IMG/VR virus record: IMGVR_UViG_3300049783_000824
Coordinates: 1-64,000 of that record
Strand: one strand, 5' to 3'
Source: a virus
DNA length: 64,000 nt
The first letter of the stretch is position 1. Every line of letters starts with the position of its first letter. Positions 29,156 to 39,078 of the stretch are shown piece after piece. The notes beneath the pieces are model-generated. The model was not told the origin of the DNA, made no database searches, and saw only the letters and a program-made list of their open reading frames with translations. A program made the translations under genes and the position numbers.

Positions 29156-29667
29156 AAGTTATTGATGTTAAAAAACTTAGGGAAGACATCCGTAAGATAA
29201 AACTAAAGACATTCAATGACCTTAATGAAAGTCTAGATAACTTAGATGATATACTAGATGAATATAAATTATTACATAAGGTTTCAAAGGATTTAGTTAA
29301 TCTTAAGGGTGCTGACCTTATTGAAGCTTTAGTCTCACAACCAAATGATTATCTATTTTATAGAACATGTACCAATTACTTGAAAAAGATACTGGACTAC
29401 ATGGAAAGCTTGCTGCGATATGAAAGGGCTAAAGAAGCTGCAAAGATTCGTGAAACCAAATCAAGAGCATCTGATTTGAATGACAGGGCTATTAGTCAAT
29501 TGATAGACGGTAAAGAGTACATCCAAGATATAACTATAAATGTAATTAAAGTTCGTGAGGTCTATGACCTACACTTAACTATAATTGAAGCCTATAACCA
29601 GAGAGGGTATGCCCTCAACAACATAACTAAGGCTAGGGTAGCTGAAATACAAAACATTATACTATGA
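29152..29667 (+). CDS. uvsY: Recombination mediator (UvsY-like)
   Basis: Helical; C-terminal AYNQRGYALNNITKARVAE; lies between uvsX and uvsW. Confidence 0.65.
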   Translation: MKVIDVKKLREDIRKIKLKTFNDLNESLDNLDDILDEYKLLHKVSKDLVNLKGADLIEALVSQPNDYLFYRTCTNYLKKILDYMESLLRYERAKEAAKIRETKSRASDLNDRAISQLIDGKEYIQDITINVIKVREVYDLHLTIIEAYNQRGYALNNITKARVAEIQNIIL

Positions 29668-31139
29668 AAGCAAAAATAAAAATAATAGATGAAGTTAACA
29701 TTGTAGTATCCAATCTACTTGATAGGGACATAAGTAACCTTGCGGATATGTTTGCAGTATACACTAAGGGCTTTAGGCATAATGCCAGTTATAAGCTTGG
29801 TAGGTGGGATGGTAAGATAAAGTTCTTCCATGCAAATGGTAAGTCCTATGTAAAGCTTCTTCCAGAGATAGTCAAGTACCTCAGTAACAATGATTATACC
29901 ATTGATATAATTGACAATCGAGTTAATGTTGATTTAACTATTGATGAAATAGACGAGAACTACCTTAAGGATAAGGGATATGATGTTGTCCTTGGCCCAC
30001 ATCAGGTACGTGGAGTAAACGCACTAACTGAAGAGGGTGGTGGTATATTTGAAGGTGGGACTGGGGCAGGAAAAACTCTTATGACAGCGGTTCTATGCCA
30101 TTTGTATGAAGAGAATCTTAAGTTTAAATGTATTATAATAGTGCCATCATCTGACCTTATTGATCAGACCAAGGATGAGCTTGTAAAATATGGTGTTGAT
30201 GTTGGTGAATACAGTGGAACTATGAAAGATATTAACCATACACACGTTGTGAGCACATGGCAAGCTCTACAGAATAACAAAGGTATCATTGGACAGTTTA
30301 AGGCAGTGATTGTAGATGAGTGCCATGGCGTAGCTGGGGCCACACTACAGGAGATTCTAAATGAACATGGTGCTGGGTGCTTAGTGAGGTTAGGTCTTAC
30401 GGGAACCCTTCCAGAAGCCGATATAGACATGATGGCAGTTACTGTAACACTTGGGCATGTAGTTGAAAAGGTCGAGGCATCTGAGCTTATAGCTAGAGGA
30501 TGGCTTGCAGAATTGAACTTATACACCTATGAGTTGGTCGAAGATGTGCGTAAAGATTATCATGAATTCTGTGAAGAGTATCCACAGGAATCTGCTGACA
30601 TTACTTACAAAGAATACAAAGCAAACTTCTTTGCTGATTTCCAATCGGAAAAGAAATATTTACAAAAGAATCCAAATAGACTTGAGTTTCTTGCTAGGCT
30701 AATTAATAAGCCAAAAAAGAATACGCTGATACTGGTGCCTAATGTTGAGTTTGGTAGAACCTTAGCTAAAATGATACCAAACGCGGTGTTCATTTATGGT
30801 AAAGATGTAAAGGCTGTTCGTAAAATATTGTATAGTTCATTTGATGATAAGGATGACATTGTTGCAATAACGACATTCCAATTAGCATCAACTGGATTGA
30901 ATATAAGACGTATTTTTAATTTGTTTTTAGTTGATCCGGGAAAGAGCTATGTTCAAATTATCCAGAGCATTGGTCGTGGGTTACGGAAGGCACACGATAA
31001 AGATAAGGTAAATGTGTATGACATATACAGTGACTTTAAATTTTCCAAGAGGCATGCAGCTGCAAGGAAGAAGCATTATAAATTGAAGAATTACCCGTTC
31101 AAAAAGAACAAGATAGACTATCTGCCATTAGTGGCATAA
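29664..31139 (+). CDS. uvsW: SF2 DNA helicase UvsW
   Basis: GRWDGKI, GTGAGKT, STWQAL, VDECH, GLTGT, STGLNI, QSIGRGLR. Confidence 0.92.
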   Translation: MKAKIKIIDEVNIVVSNLLDRDISNLADMFAVYTKGFRHNASYKLGRWDGKIKFFHANGKSYVKLLPEIVKYLSNNDYTIDIIDNRVNVDLTIDEIDENYLKDKGYDVVLGPHQVRGVNALTEEGGGIFEGGTGAGKTLMTAVLCHLYEENLKFKCIIIVPSSDLIDQTKDELVKYGVDVGEYSGTMKDINHTHVVSTWQALQNNKGIIGQFKAVIVDECHGVAGATLQEILNEHGAGCLVRLGLTGTLPEADIDMMAVTVTLGHVVEKVEASELIARGWLAELNLYTYELVEDVRKDYHEFCEEYPQESADITYKEYKANFFADFQSEKKYLQKNPNRLEFLARLINKPKKNTLILVPNVEFGRTLAKMIPNAVFIYGKDVKAVRKILYSSFDDKDDIVAITTFQLASTGLNIRRIFNLFLVDPGKSYVQIIQSIGRGLRKAHDKDKVNVYDIYSDFKFSKRHAAARKKHYKLKNYPFKKNKIDYLPLVA

Positions 31140-31157
31140 CCATAACAGGATAATAAC

Positions 31158-31655
31158 ATGGTAATATCAGATGAAAATTCATACCCAATACTTATTGATG
31201 GTATAGATACGGCAACACTAACAGATTATTTTTGGGTGTTACAACTACAACTTGATAACGAAATGGACTTCATGCTTCAGAAGCTGGAAATGTTTGAAGA
31301 ACAAACAACACCAACTTTAGAGTTTTTAATTGGTGACTACTTAATAGAGGCACCCACTAACTGGAACATACTAGTTTATTCGGAAGAGACTGCCCAGTTG
31401 GATATTGTAGAAGTATCAGATTTAGCTAGATCAAAGTTCACAGCTGTGGTATACTTGCACAATAAAGGCAAAGTTGTACCCGGTCCAATAACTGTTGTTG
31501 ATTATCACCGTGAAGCTCACGTTAGAAATCCTTCACTAAATAAACATACAATGTTATGTCATCACGTTGGCCCAGATGCATGGGTATGCCTAGCACCAAC
31601 AGACAACTATAATAAGTATTTGAAGAATTCTCTAGTTGGTGATCTGCTAGAATAA
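31158..31655 (+). CDS. Hypothetical protein
   Basis: AGGA SD; beta-rich 165 aa. Confidence 0.6.
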   Translation: MVISDENSYPILIDGIDTATLTDYFWVLQLQLDNEMDFMLQKLEMFEEQTTPTLEFLIGDYLIEAPTNWNILVYSEETAQLDIVEVSDLARSKFTAVVYLHNKGKVVPGPITVVDYHREAHVRNPSLNKHTMLCHHVGPDAWVCLAPTDNYNKYLKNSLVGDLLE

Positions 31656-31670
31656 CAAGGAGTTATAATA

Positions 31671-32144
31671 ATGGCCGCAAAAAAGAAAAAAAGTACAGTA
31701 GCTAAACAAGTATCGATAAGTGAATTACAATCCTTCATTGAAGGTGCAACCGCATTTAATTCAGATGATTGGCACCCCAATAAGGAACAATGGACTAGAA
31801 TTGTTGAAATGATTATGACAATTAAACCAGAAGAGACTGTTGTTGTGAACAATGTACCACATGTTGTGAATGTACCACAACAAACTCCACAAAGACAGTT
31901 TCTACCATCAACGTTTGGTAGTGGTGATGTGGATGGTGATGGTTATGCCCATAATTCTTCAGTAGCGGATGGTGGATTTGAAGATTTAAGATCAAAAGCA
32001 CCTAGGACTGATATGCGAAAAATTAAGGCTGAGAAAACCGGGATTGGTGGTGTAGATGATAATGGTATCACAGTATCTGGTATAAAAGTTAAGACACCTA
32101 ATGTAGATTCATCAAAAGGTGACTATGACACACCATTTGCGTGA
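31671..32144 (+). CDS. Hypothetical protein
   Basis: AAGGAG SD; SFIEG...WHPNKEQW motif. Confidence 0.6.
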   Translation: MAAKKKKSTVAKQVSISELQSFIEGATAFNSDDWHPNKEQWTRIVEMIMTIKPEETVVVNNVPHVVNVPQQTPQRQFLPSTFGSGDVDGDGYAHNSSVADGGFEDLRSKAPRTDMRKIKAEKTGIGGVDDNGITVSGIKVKTPNVDSSKGDYDTPFA

Positions 32145-32700
32145 TATAACGCAATTCAGTACCCAACTGAATGGTAGGCTAATGTGTGGGGACGGTGATT
32201 CGATTGTAGAGTTACCATTCTTATACGACCATCTACTTAACGGTGGTTTGGGTTCTGATGTTTTCATATCAAAAAAAGACTGCAATTCACCAGAGGTTGA
32301 ATTTTATAACAAAAGCTTTAGTGAAGAGAAGGTTAATTATAAAAAAGAAATGAAGGATACCTCATTAGATTGGAATATTCCTAAAAGGTATAAAGAGTTG
32401 GATGTTTATGCCTATTTGCTCAATAAACTTAAGGCTGAAGTAAAGAGTTGTGAGTTTAGTGATGATGAGCTTAGGGTTAGATTTTACCGTGTTAAGATGG
32501 AGTTGCGTATTTGGGAAAAAAGAAATTTACTAGATATGTTGCGCTCATTAATTTTTATAGTAAATACACTAGAAGAACAAAAAATTATATGGGGTACTGG
32601 GCGTGGAAGTTCATGTGCATCGTATGCCCTATACCTTATAGGGTTGCATCAAGTAGATAGTGTTGAGTATGAATTAGACATTGGTGAGTTTTTTCGCTGA
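32119..32700 (+). CDS. dnaE: DNA polymerase III alpha-like N-terminal fragment (split mini-DnaE, part 1)
   Basis: WGTGRGSSCASYALYLIGLHQVDSVEYELDIGEFFR matches DnaE VGPGRGSGAGSLVAYAL.IT.LDP..FDLLFERF. Confidence 0.8.
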   Translation: MTMTHHLRDITQFSTQLNGRLMCGDGDSIVELPFLYDHLLNGGLGSDVFISKKDCNSPEVEFYNKSFSEEKVNYKKEMKDTSLDWNIPKRYKELDVYAYLLNKLKAEVKSCEFSDDELRVRFYRVKMELRIWEKRNLLDMLRSLIFIVNTLEEQKIIWGTGRGSSCASYALYLIGLHQVDSVEYELDIGEFFR

Positions 32701-32740
32701 AGGTATATTATAAATAGTAACATAATGATGGGGTTTAAAA

Positions 32741-33160
32741 ATGGCAAAGAAAAGAAAAGTTAGTAGTGCACTTGGTGAAACTGTAGACTTTGATCTAATG
32801 AGAGTTAAGCAGAATATCGAAAATCGTGATAAGCCAGACGGTGTTGAAATGCGAGAAAAGTATATCGACATCCGTCGTCGTCGTAATCCACGAAGAAATG
32901 TGGCAGATTTGGTTACTGAACAGCGAAGTAATGAAACTGACGCACGTGATAAAATACAGCAAAGCAAGAAGAATAAGCAAGAAGCATTGGCTAAACTGGA
33001 AAGTGAAGCTAAACTAGAAGCACCAACGGATATCACGGTAGAGGATGTTGTTGATACCACGGTATCTACTGAAAAGCCAGACGATACTGAGATACTACAA
33101 GCTTCACCTAAGAAGAAAATTGTAAAGCGTACCCAACCTGAGGAGAACTCAGACAAATAA
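32741..33160 (+). CDS. Hypothetical late protein
   Basis: TATAAATA at 32709-32716; basic IRRRRNPRR segment. Confidence 0.6.
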   Translation: MAKKRKVSSALGETVDFDLMRVKQNIENRDKPDGVEMREKYIDIRRRRNPRRNVADLVTEQRSNETDARDKIQQSKKNKQEALAKLESEAKLEAPTDITVEDVVDTTVSTEKPDDTEILQASPKKKIVKRTQPEENSDK

Positions 33161-33489
33161 TGGAAGCTAATATGCGTAAAGAAATTGACCCAGTACATAA
33201 CCAGATTTTGTTCCAATTTGTAGAAGACACAACTAGGGGCAAGTTTAATGAGAAATCCAACGGGGGCATTCTACTTGTTGAAGATAGTAGCAAGCAAGTG
33301 GAACATTGTAGATGGGGCACGGTAGTATCAACTGGACCGAATGTTAAGGACGTTGTAGAGGGTGAAGTTATTCTCATAAACGCCCTAATGTGGACTAATG
33401 GTTTTAGGATGACAGACACCGATTACTGGATAACTTCTGAACCCGAAATAATTGCTAAATGGGTCGATGACAATAGTCTTCCTAGTTAA
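33160..33489 (+). CDS. groES: GroES-like co-chaperonin (gp31 analogue)
   Basis: DPVHNQIL, SNGGILL, WGTVVSTGP, V..GEVIL, EIIA. Confidence 0.8.
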   Translation: MEANMRKEIDPVHNQILFQFVEDTTRGKFNEKSNGGILLVEDSSKQVEHCRWGTVVSTGPNVKDVVEGEVILINALMWTNGFRMTDTDYWITSEPEIIAKWVDDNSLPS

Positions 33490-33501
33490 ATAAATATACC
33501 C

Positions 33502-34386
33502 ATGAGATCTTATATTTTCCCCACAATAGTAATGTTGGCAGCATTGGCACTCGCAGCTGGTGCAGCCTTATTTACTATACTTGGATTTCGAGAATTATTT
33601 GAACCGTCATTAAAGATAACCTTAATGGCAGCTTCAATTGAACTCGGTAAGATTGTTGCCGTATCTGCACTATATCAGTTCAAGGATGTTCTGGGGTGGA
33701 TATCAAAACTATTCCTACTATTCCTAATTATTGTTGCTATGGCAGTTACTTCTATGGGTGTTTATGGATACCTATCAAGTGCATACCAACGGGATTCGTT
33801 GGCAATAACCCAGAACAGTGCTAAGCTTGAGCTTTTAAGTAGCAGGAAAGCAGCCTTAGAGCAACGCCTAGGCGGTATGGATCAACAGATAGCAAACGTA
33901 CCAGAGGCATACGTGTCGAAGCGTATGGAGCTTATATCAACGTTTAAACCCGAACGTACATCAGTATTGAATGAACTGGACGTGCTAGAACAACAAAACC
34001 TAGATTTAACACTAGATAAGCTTAGCAAAGAGACCGAATTTGGTGCAATATTGTTATTAGCTAACTCAGTAGATTGGCTAGATGCAGATAATGCAATGTT
34101 GTATTTTATACTGGCAGTCATATTCATCTTTGACCCGATGGCAATAGCCTTGACGTTTGCGTCTAACGTAGGGTATGCTAAGGCTGCTTCAGACACAGCT
34201 AAGAAAAATGATACTGTTGAACCTGTAGTTGTTGACCAACCCACATCTAGTTTAAATGATGATGAAGTTAAAAGCATAGCTACAGCCCTTAGTGACTTGG
34301 CAAATGAAGTTAAAGAAATGAAGAATTCCACCCCAAAGAACAATCGTTCTGAAATATTAGATAACATGAGAAAACAAAAAGCTTGA
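33502..34386 (+). CDS. Membrane protein, three N-terminal TMs, coiled coil, C-terminal TM
   Basis: IELGKIV, TSMGVYGYLSSAY, IFIFDPMAI motifs. Confidence 0.65.
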   Translation: MRSYIFPTIVMLAALALAAGAALFTILGFRELFEPSLKITLMAASIELGKIVAVSALYQFKDVLGWISKLFLLFLIIVAMAVTSMGVYGYLSSAYQRDSLAITQNSAKLELLSSRKAALEQRLGGMDQQIANVPEAYVSKRMELISTFKPERTSVLNELDVLEQQNLDLTLDKLSKETEFGAILLLANSVDWLDADNAMLYFILAVIFIFDPMAIALTFASNVGYAKAASDTAKKNDTVEPVVVDQPTSSLNDDEVKSIATALSDLANEVKEMKNSTPKNNRSEILDNMRKQKA

Positions 34387-34411
34387 TAACCCAACCATAA
34401 TCTTGTATAAT
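34383..34411 (+). promoter_or_regulatory. Sigma70-like promoter for the clamp-loader cluster
   Basis: TTGATA-17 nt-TATAAT with TG upstream of -10. Confidence 0.6.
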
Positions 34412-34436
34412 CGTCCCCTTATAAGGGAATTGATAT

Positions 34437-35369
34437 ATGTTAAAAAAACTATGGGTACGATCATACATGCCCACCAAACTTGAAGATTATGTTTTTCAAA
34501 ATGAACACAACAGGGTTCAATTTACCAAATTCGTAAAAGATAAATCCTTCCCCCATTTGCTGTTGAAAGGACATAAGGGTTCGGGCAAGACTACCATGGC
34601 CCTTATCCTTAAGAATGAACTCGGCATACTCGACGGTGATTTTAAATTTCTAAACTCAGCGGATGATAACTCTATTAATGTGGTTCGTAATGTTATTAAA
34701 CCTTTTAGTGAATCAATGCCTCTTGGTGAATTTAAGGTAGTCCTATTAGACGAAGCTGAGTTTTTAAGTACAGAAGCACAGAAAGCATTATGTGGTATGC
34801 TGGAGCGATACTCAGATACTGTCAGGTTTATATTAACATGTAATAGACCACACAAGATAATACCTGAACTCAAATCACGGTGTACAGAATTCTCCTTTAA
34901 TGAATTTGATAAGAAGTCAATGGCAACACATGTATATAAAATCCTGAAGAACGAGGGTGTTACGGTGTCCAGTGTTGAACTGCTTATGGGCTATGTTAAT
35001 GAAAGCTACCCAGACATGCGTAAGATACTGCAAAACCTAGAGACTAACGTTATTGATGGGGTATTAGAGCCAGCAAATGGCAGTGATGAGAAAAGCCAAC
35101 TCCTTTTGGACATTGTTGACCAGCTAAGTGCAGGTAAATGGTTAGAGGTTAGGGCCGGTATTGTACAGAACATTGAGGAGCATGAATGGGATGAGATTTA
35201 TAGATTTCTATACGATAACTTAGATCAAATTGAAGGCTTTGATAACACAGACAATTGGAAGTGTGGTATCATTATACTTGCAGATCATATCAGGTTTCAT
35301 TATCAGGTTGCTGACCCTGAAATAAATTTCAGCGCATGTATGATAAGACTATCAGGAGTTATTAAATAA
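34437..35369 (+). CDS. gp44: Clamp loader ATPase subunit (gp44/RFC-like)
   Basis: LWV..Y.P, PHLLL.G..GSGKTT, LLDEAE, RFILTCN, LKSRC, PDMRK. Confidence 0.9.
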   Translation: MLKKLWVRSYMPTKLEDYVFQNEHNRVQFTKFVKDKSFPHLLLKGHKGSGKTTMALILKNELGILDGDFKFLNSADDNSINVVRNVIKPFSESMPLGEFKVVLLDEAEFLSTEAQKALCGMLERYSDTVRFILTCNRPHKIIPELKSRCTEFSFNEFDKKSMATHVYKILKNEGVTVSSVELLMGYVNESYPDMRKILQNLETNVIDGVLEPANGSDEKSQLLLDIVDQLSAGKWLEVRAGIVQNIEEHEWDEIYRFLYDNLDQIEGFDNTDNWKCGIIILADHIRFHYQVADPEINFSACMIRLSGVIK

Positions 35370-35689
35370 TGACAAGAGAATTACAATTAGATGAAGACCA
35401 AGCAAGACTAGACTTAGATAACGTATCTAAGTTTTCTGACAAAAATCAACGTCTGGCATGGAGACGTAAGCGAACAAAAATGGATGAGTTGTTAGCAAAA
35501 ATTCTGCCATACGAAGAACAAATCTTGGAGATAATCTACGAGAAGCAATCAATTATGGATGATATTGAAGTCGTGCGGAAGGCAATGGTAAAAGAATGTG
35601 TTCACCCTGCTGACTATCTTGTGCATAAGGGAAACTTTATACTGTGCAAATTTTGCAAAAACAAAATTGTAATTAACAATGGCAAATAA
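35369..35689 (+). CDS. Hypothetical protein with C-terminal CxH...CxxC
   Basis: ECVHP...LCKFCK. Confidence 0.55.
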   Translation: MTRELQLDEDQARLDLDNVSKFSDKNQRLAWRRKRTKMDELLAKILPYEEQILEIIYEKQSIMDDIEVVRKAMVKECVHPADYLVHKGNFILCKFCKNKIVINNGK

Positions 35690-36137
35690 GCTTGATATCT
35701 TCAAGGTATTGGAAAAGGTAGACGATTTTGACATCGACTACTTTAATGGGCTAACTGATGATGAGAAGAAGTCGTTAGCACCCTACGTACTTATGTTGTG
35801 GATGTCAGGTACTAAGTCTCAAACCCAGCTGATACAACTAAATGTGTTTATGAATTCATTAGTATTTAAGATTCCACCTGAACATAGTGGTTTGTTATAT
35901 AAGTTAGCATGCGTTGCTAGTGATGGCAAAAGAAAGAAGTACAATTGGGTAGGTAAGAAAACCAAAAGCAAGAAATATGCAACGGCAACCGATGTGCTAA
36001 GTAGATATTATAGATGCAGTACGACAGAAGCTCTTGGGTATATTGGTATTCTTAACTATGATGATGTTGCTGAAATTGCCATGGAACTTGGTGAACAGGA
36101 CGATACACTGAAGAAAATCAAAAAAGAGATGAAATGA
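35679..36137 (+). CDS. Clamp loader small subunit (gp62-like)
   Basis: LDIFKVL, APYVLMLWMS, KKYNWV, YYRCS..EA pattern; close to gp44. Confidence 0.55.
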   Translation: MANKLDIFKVLEKVDDFDIDYFNGLTDDEKKSLAPYVLMLWMSGTKSQTQLIQLNVFMNSLVFKIPPEHSGLLYKLACVASDGKRKKYNWVGKKTKSKKYATATDVLSRYYRCSTTEALGYIGILNYDDVAEIAMELGEQDDTLKKIKKEMK

Positions 36138-36820
36138 GTAGTAGTGGTACATATTTTGAATGCAAGCACTGTTTAAAAAAGTTCATAAGTGAACGTTATT
36201 ATAACAAACATGAATGTGAACAAATGAAACGGTTTAAACTCCTTGGGACAAATAGGGGCAGTATTGCATATTCATGTTATTGCTCTTGGGCAACGCATAA
36301 AGGATATCGTAAGCCAACAGTAGACCATTTTATAGACTCAAGAAAATTCAAAGCATTTTTTAGGTTCATTGAATTCTCAAATAAAATGGCATTACCTGCA
36401 AGGGATAGATACATTGAGTACATGACTAGCTTAGGTATTAATCCTGTTGACTGGACAAAGAAAATTGTATACGAACATTACATAACTGAATTTGATAATA
36501 TCTTTTCCCCAGAGGATCAAGCTGCGATAACTGTTGATACCGTATTTGAACTCGCTAGAATATACGAATGTGAGACCGATGACATATTCACATACATGGA
36601 GGCTAACACGCTACTGCAATTAGTTCAAGCGAAAAAACTTTCACCTTGGGTGTTGCTATTTTCAAATAAGTTTATAAGTTTTATTCAAAATGATATGACC
36701 CGAGAACAGAGAATCATGTTAAAGACTAACATGGACATAACTTCATGGGAGGTGATATTCAAAAAATCAGTAAAGACGGCAAAGAAAATGCAGACCTATG
36801 TAAATGCGTTGGGTATTTAA
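36134..36820 (+). CDS. Zinc-finger hypothetical protein
   Basis: FECKHCLKKF...KHEC; LSPWVL. Confidence 0.65.
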   Translation: MSSSGTYFECKHCLKKFISERYYNKHECEQMKRFKLLGTNRGSIAYSCYCSWATHKGYRKPTVDHFIDSRKFKAFFRFIEFSNKMALPARDRYIEYMTSLGINPVDWTKKIVYEHYITEFDNIFSPEDQAAITVDTVFELARIYECETDDIFTYMEANTLLQLVQAKKLSPWVLLFSNKFISFIQNDMTREQRIMLKTNMDITSWEVIFKKSVKTAKKMQTYVNALGI

Positions 36821-37056
36821 CCGCAACCCCAGTTACTGATTGGGTAGATTCTACTTGTTGAATGGGGTGGTATTTGGAACTGTGAATAACCAGCCCAACA
36901 ATTAACCCATTGGGGTGTGTGGTTAATAATACGCATATATGGCATCTGCATACCATATTTGTCGAACACGGGGACTTGTTGACAACAACTATAACTATTT
37001 GACAGTGGTGAAAAGCATAGTAGGGTTATAAGTATGAGTAGTGATATTTTATACAT
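36817..37056 (-). CDS. Small exported Cys-containing protein
   Basis: Signal peptide MYKISLLILITLLCFSPLSNSYS. Confidence 0.5.
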   Translation of the reverse strand: MYKISLLILITLLCFSPLSNSYSCCQQVPVFDKYGMQMPYMRIINHTPQWVNCWAGYSQFQIPPHSTSRIYPISNWGCG

Positions 37057-37448
37057 TATTCGAGTTCTCCAGTTGAAGGAAGTCCCTTTGAAAGGATTCC
37101 CGATGATATGATTGCTGACCGGCGTACCGATAAGGCTTCGGAATTTTGCTTTATTTGGTCGTATATTCGTTGTGAATTTAATGACATGGGTTCAACTGGC
37201 ACACCAGTTTGGACAGATGTTGCAGTTGTTGCAGCTACATCAGACTCTATCTCACTCAGCCTATAGTCATTGAGTGACAAGTGGAGTTCTATGCTTCTGA
37301 ATTCACTCAACACGTTAGCACTGAGTATATCATTTTTACTAGCAAGATTATTGTTAGCCCAAAAAATTGCACCAGATATTGAACTAACGATTGTTATAAC
37401 ACCTATTATCATAGATATGTTGTCGTTGATTGATTTTAGTATGGCCAT
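37056..37448 (-). CDS. Single-TM membrane protein
   Basis: TM ISMIIGVITIVSSISGAIFWA. Confidence 0.55.
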   Translation of the reverse strand: MAILKSINDNISMIIGVITIVSSISGAIFWANNNLASKNDILSANVLSEFRSIELHLSLNDYRLSEIESDVAATTATSVQTGVPVEPMSLNSQRIYDQIKQNSEALSVRRSAIISSGILSKGLPSTGELE

Positions 37449-37509
37449 AGGTTATGATTATCCATTATTATATAAATATATATATGTTATTTACACTGAA
37501 GGTTAACAA

Positions 37510-38169
37510 ATGAGAGATATAGAAAACTGGATAGATATAGACACAAAACGGGTTGGATTGCTATCCAAATCTGATTGGACACAATTACCAGATAGTGGGC
37601 TTAGTAAAAGCTGTGTTATTGAATGGAAGGTCTGGCGTGGTGCTATGCGTAAAGTCAATAAGCATATCTACGATCAACCGTTGGTGGCAGTTGTTGTTAT
37701 TAAAGAGTTGCAGGACAGTTTACCCAAAAATGTATACGCTGATAACACTGTGCAGGTAGCATCTGACGGCCCAATTATACCACAACCTAAAGAGAAAACA
37801 ATAGACGACATCCGGGACTTACCTGAAGGTAAAATTTACGGCAAGACTAAACTTGAGGTTGAATATAGAAGTAAAATACTTAAGGCATCACCCCCATTGG
37901 AATTATCATTCCTATACTCAGAACGTCTTAGTCAGGCTATTGACTACTTATCAGACAACGGTACTGCGTTCCCGTTGCTTGACGTTCTTTCTGAAAGTTT
38001 GGGCAAGTCCACGGAAGAAGTAGCAGTTAGTATACTCAAAAAGCAAACAAATACTATCAATAGTTTTGCAACCATTGAACGTGGCTATATCGAATGCTTG
38101 AAAGACGTAAATAAATCTGCTACAATGTCTGATATAAAAGAGGCTCTAGTTAAATTCGATGGATATTGA
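37510..38169 (+). CDS. Tail-fibre assembly chaperone-like protein
   Basis: R..LLSKSDWTQLPD...EWKVWR..MR motif; TATAAATA at 37471-37478. Confidence 0.55.
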   Translation: MRDIENWIDIDTKRVGLLSKSDWTQLPDSGLSKSCVIEWKVWRGAMRKVNKHIYDQPLVAVVVIKELQDSLPKNVYADNTVQVASDGPIIPQPKEKTIDDIRDLPEGKIYGKTKLEVEYRSKILKASPPLELSFLYSERLSQAIDYLSDNGTAFPLLDVLSESLGKSTEEVAVSILKKQTNTINSFATIERGYIECLKDVNKSATMSDIKEALVKFDGY

Positions 38170-38728
38170 TATAGACCTGATACCGGGCGTAGACCCACGT
38201 GAGTTGTTTAGAAATGCTATACCAGCATCGATGGTAAATGATGGTGTGTTGAAGAAGCACCCCGTAGGATATTACTTCCAAGATATACCTGTAGATAAAG
38301 TAACTGGGCTATCAGCAATACCATACAAAGAGTCTGAAGACTTCGGGTATTATAAAATAGACCTACTCACCGTTAATATACTCAAATCATTTGACTCAAA
38401 AGAAGAAATGGTTAGGCTGCAGAAGATAGAACCTAATTGGAATTTATTAAAAGATGCGAAAGTTGTTGAAAAGCTATTCCATCTTGGTAAGCACTACAGT
38501 GTAATCAATAAGGTAAAACCAAAAAGTATTCTAGCATTAGCTGATGTGTTTGCATTAATCCGACCAAACAAAAGACCACTGCTTGATAAATACATTGAGA
38601 ACCCAGAGAAATACCGAACTGAGTTGTACACTAAGCGTGCACCGGAAGATATGCGCAAAGCACACGCTATACCATATGCAATCTTGATTGTATTACAATT
38701 ACATTTAGTTGAGCAAGGAAGACTATGA
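38159..38728 (+). CDS. dnaE: DNA polymerase III alpha-like catalytic fragment (split mini-DnaE, part 2)
   Basis: MDIDIDL, KHPVGYY, GYYKIDLL, KPKSI..LA...ALIRP, RKAHAIPYA match DnaE PDFDVDF, KHAGGVV, GLVKFDFL, QPDCF...ALFRP, NKSHSAAYA. Confidence 0.8.
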   Translation: MDIDIDLIPGVDPRELFRNAIPASMVNDGVLKKHPVGYYFQDIPVDKVTGLSAIPYKESEDFGYYKIDLLTVNILKSFDSKEEMVRLQKIEPNWNLLKDAKVVEKLFHLGKHYSVINKVKPKSILALADVFALIRPNKRPLLDKYIENPEKYRTELYTKRAPEDMRKAHAIPYAILIVLQLHLVEQGRL

Positions 38729-39078
38729 GAAAATTAACTGAAATACTAGCGGAAAAACAATTTAACTTGAGCAATACCGAGAAGGCTATCATTGCGTCTA
38801 TGTCAATATCACCTACCCCCGAAATGTCATATGGTGTGGTTACTGGTGCACGAAACTCAGTCACTGCACGTAAGCAATTAGAAGCAGTAGGTTTGATAAA
38901 TGTTGATGATGAAACCAAAACAGCTGAGCTTACATCTGCGGGTACTCAAGTATTAACTTATGAGAACCTCACAGATGAAGCTGGTGAGCTAACCGATAGG
39001 GGTAAGGAACTTGTAGACCGGTATAAGTCAGATATCGGTGAATGGAAAAAGTTCGAATCATTTAAGCGTTTTACTTAA
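38725..39078 (+). CDS. Hypothetical protein with winged-helix-like repeats, candidate internal head protein
   Basis: MRKLTEILAE; twice L...GL/NL......ELT..G. Confidence 0.55.
   Translation: MRKLTEILAEKQFNLSNTEKAIIASMSISPTPEMSYGVVTGARNSVTARKQLEAVGLINVDDETKTAELTSAGTQVLTYENLTDEAGELTDRGKELVDRYKSDIGEWKKFESFKRFT

Noticed and set aside
32119-38728. Split-intein or intron explanation for the DnaE fragments
   Set aside because: No intein N-terminal Cys/Ser block or C-terminal His-Asn; the intervening DNA holds ordinary core genes.
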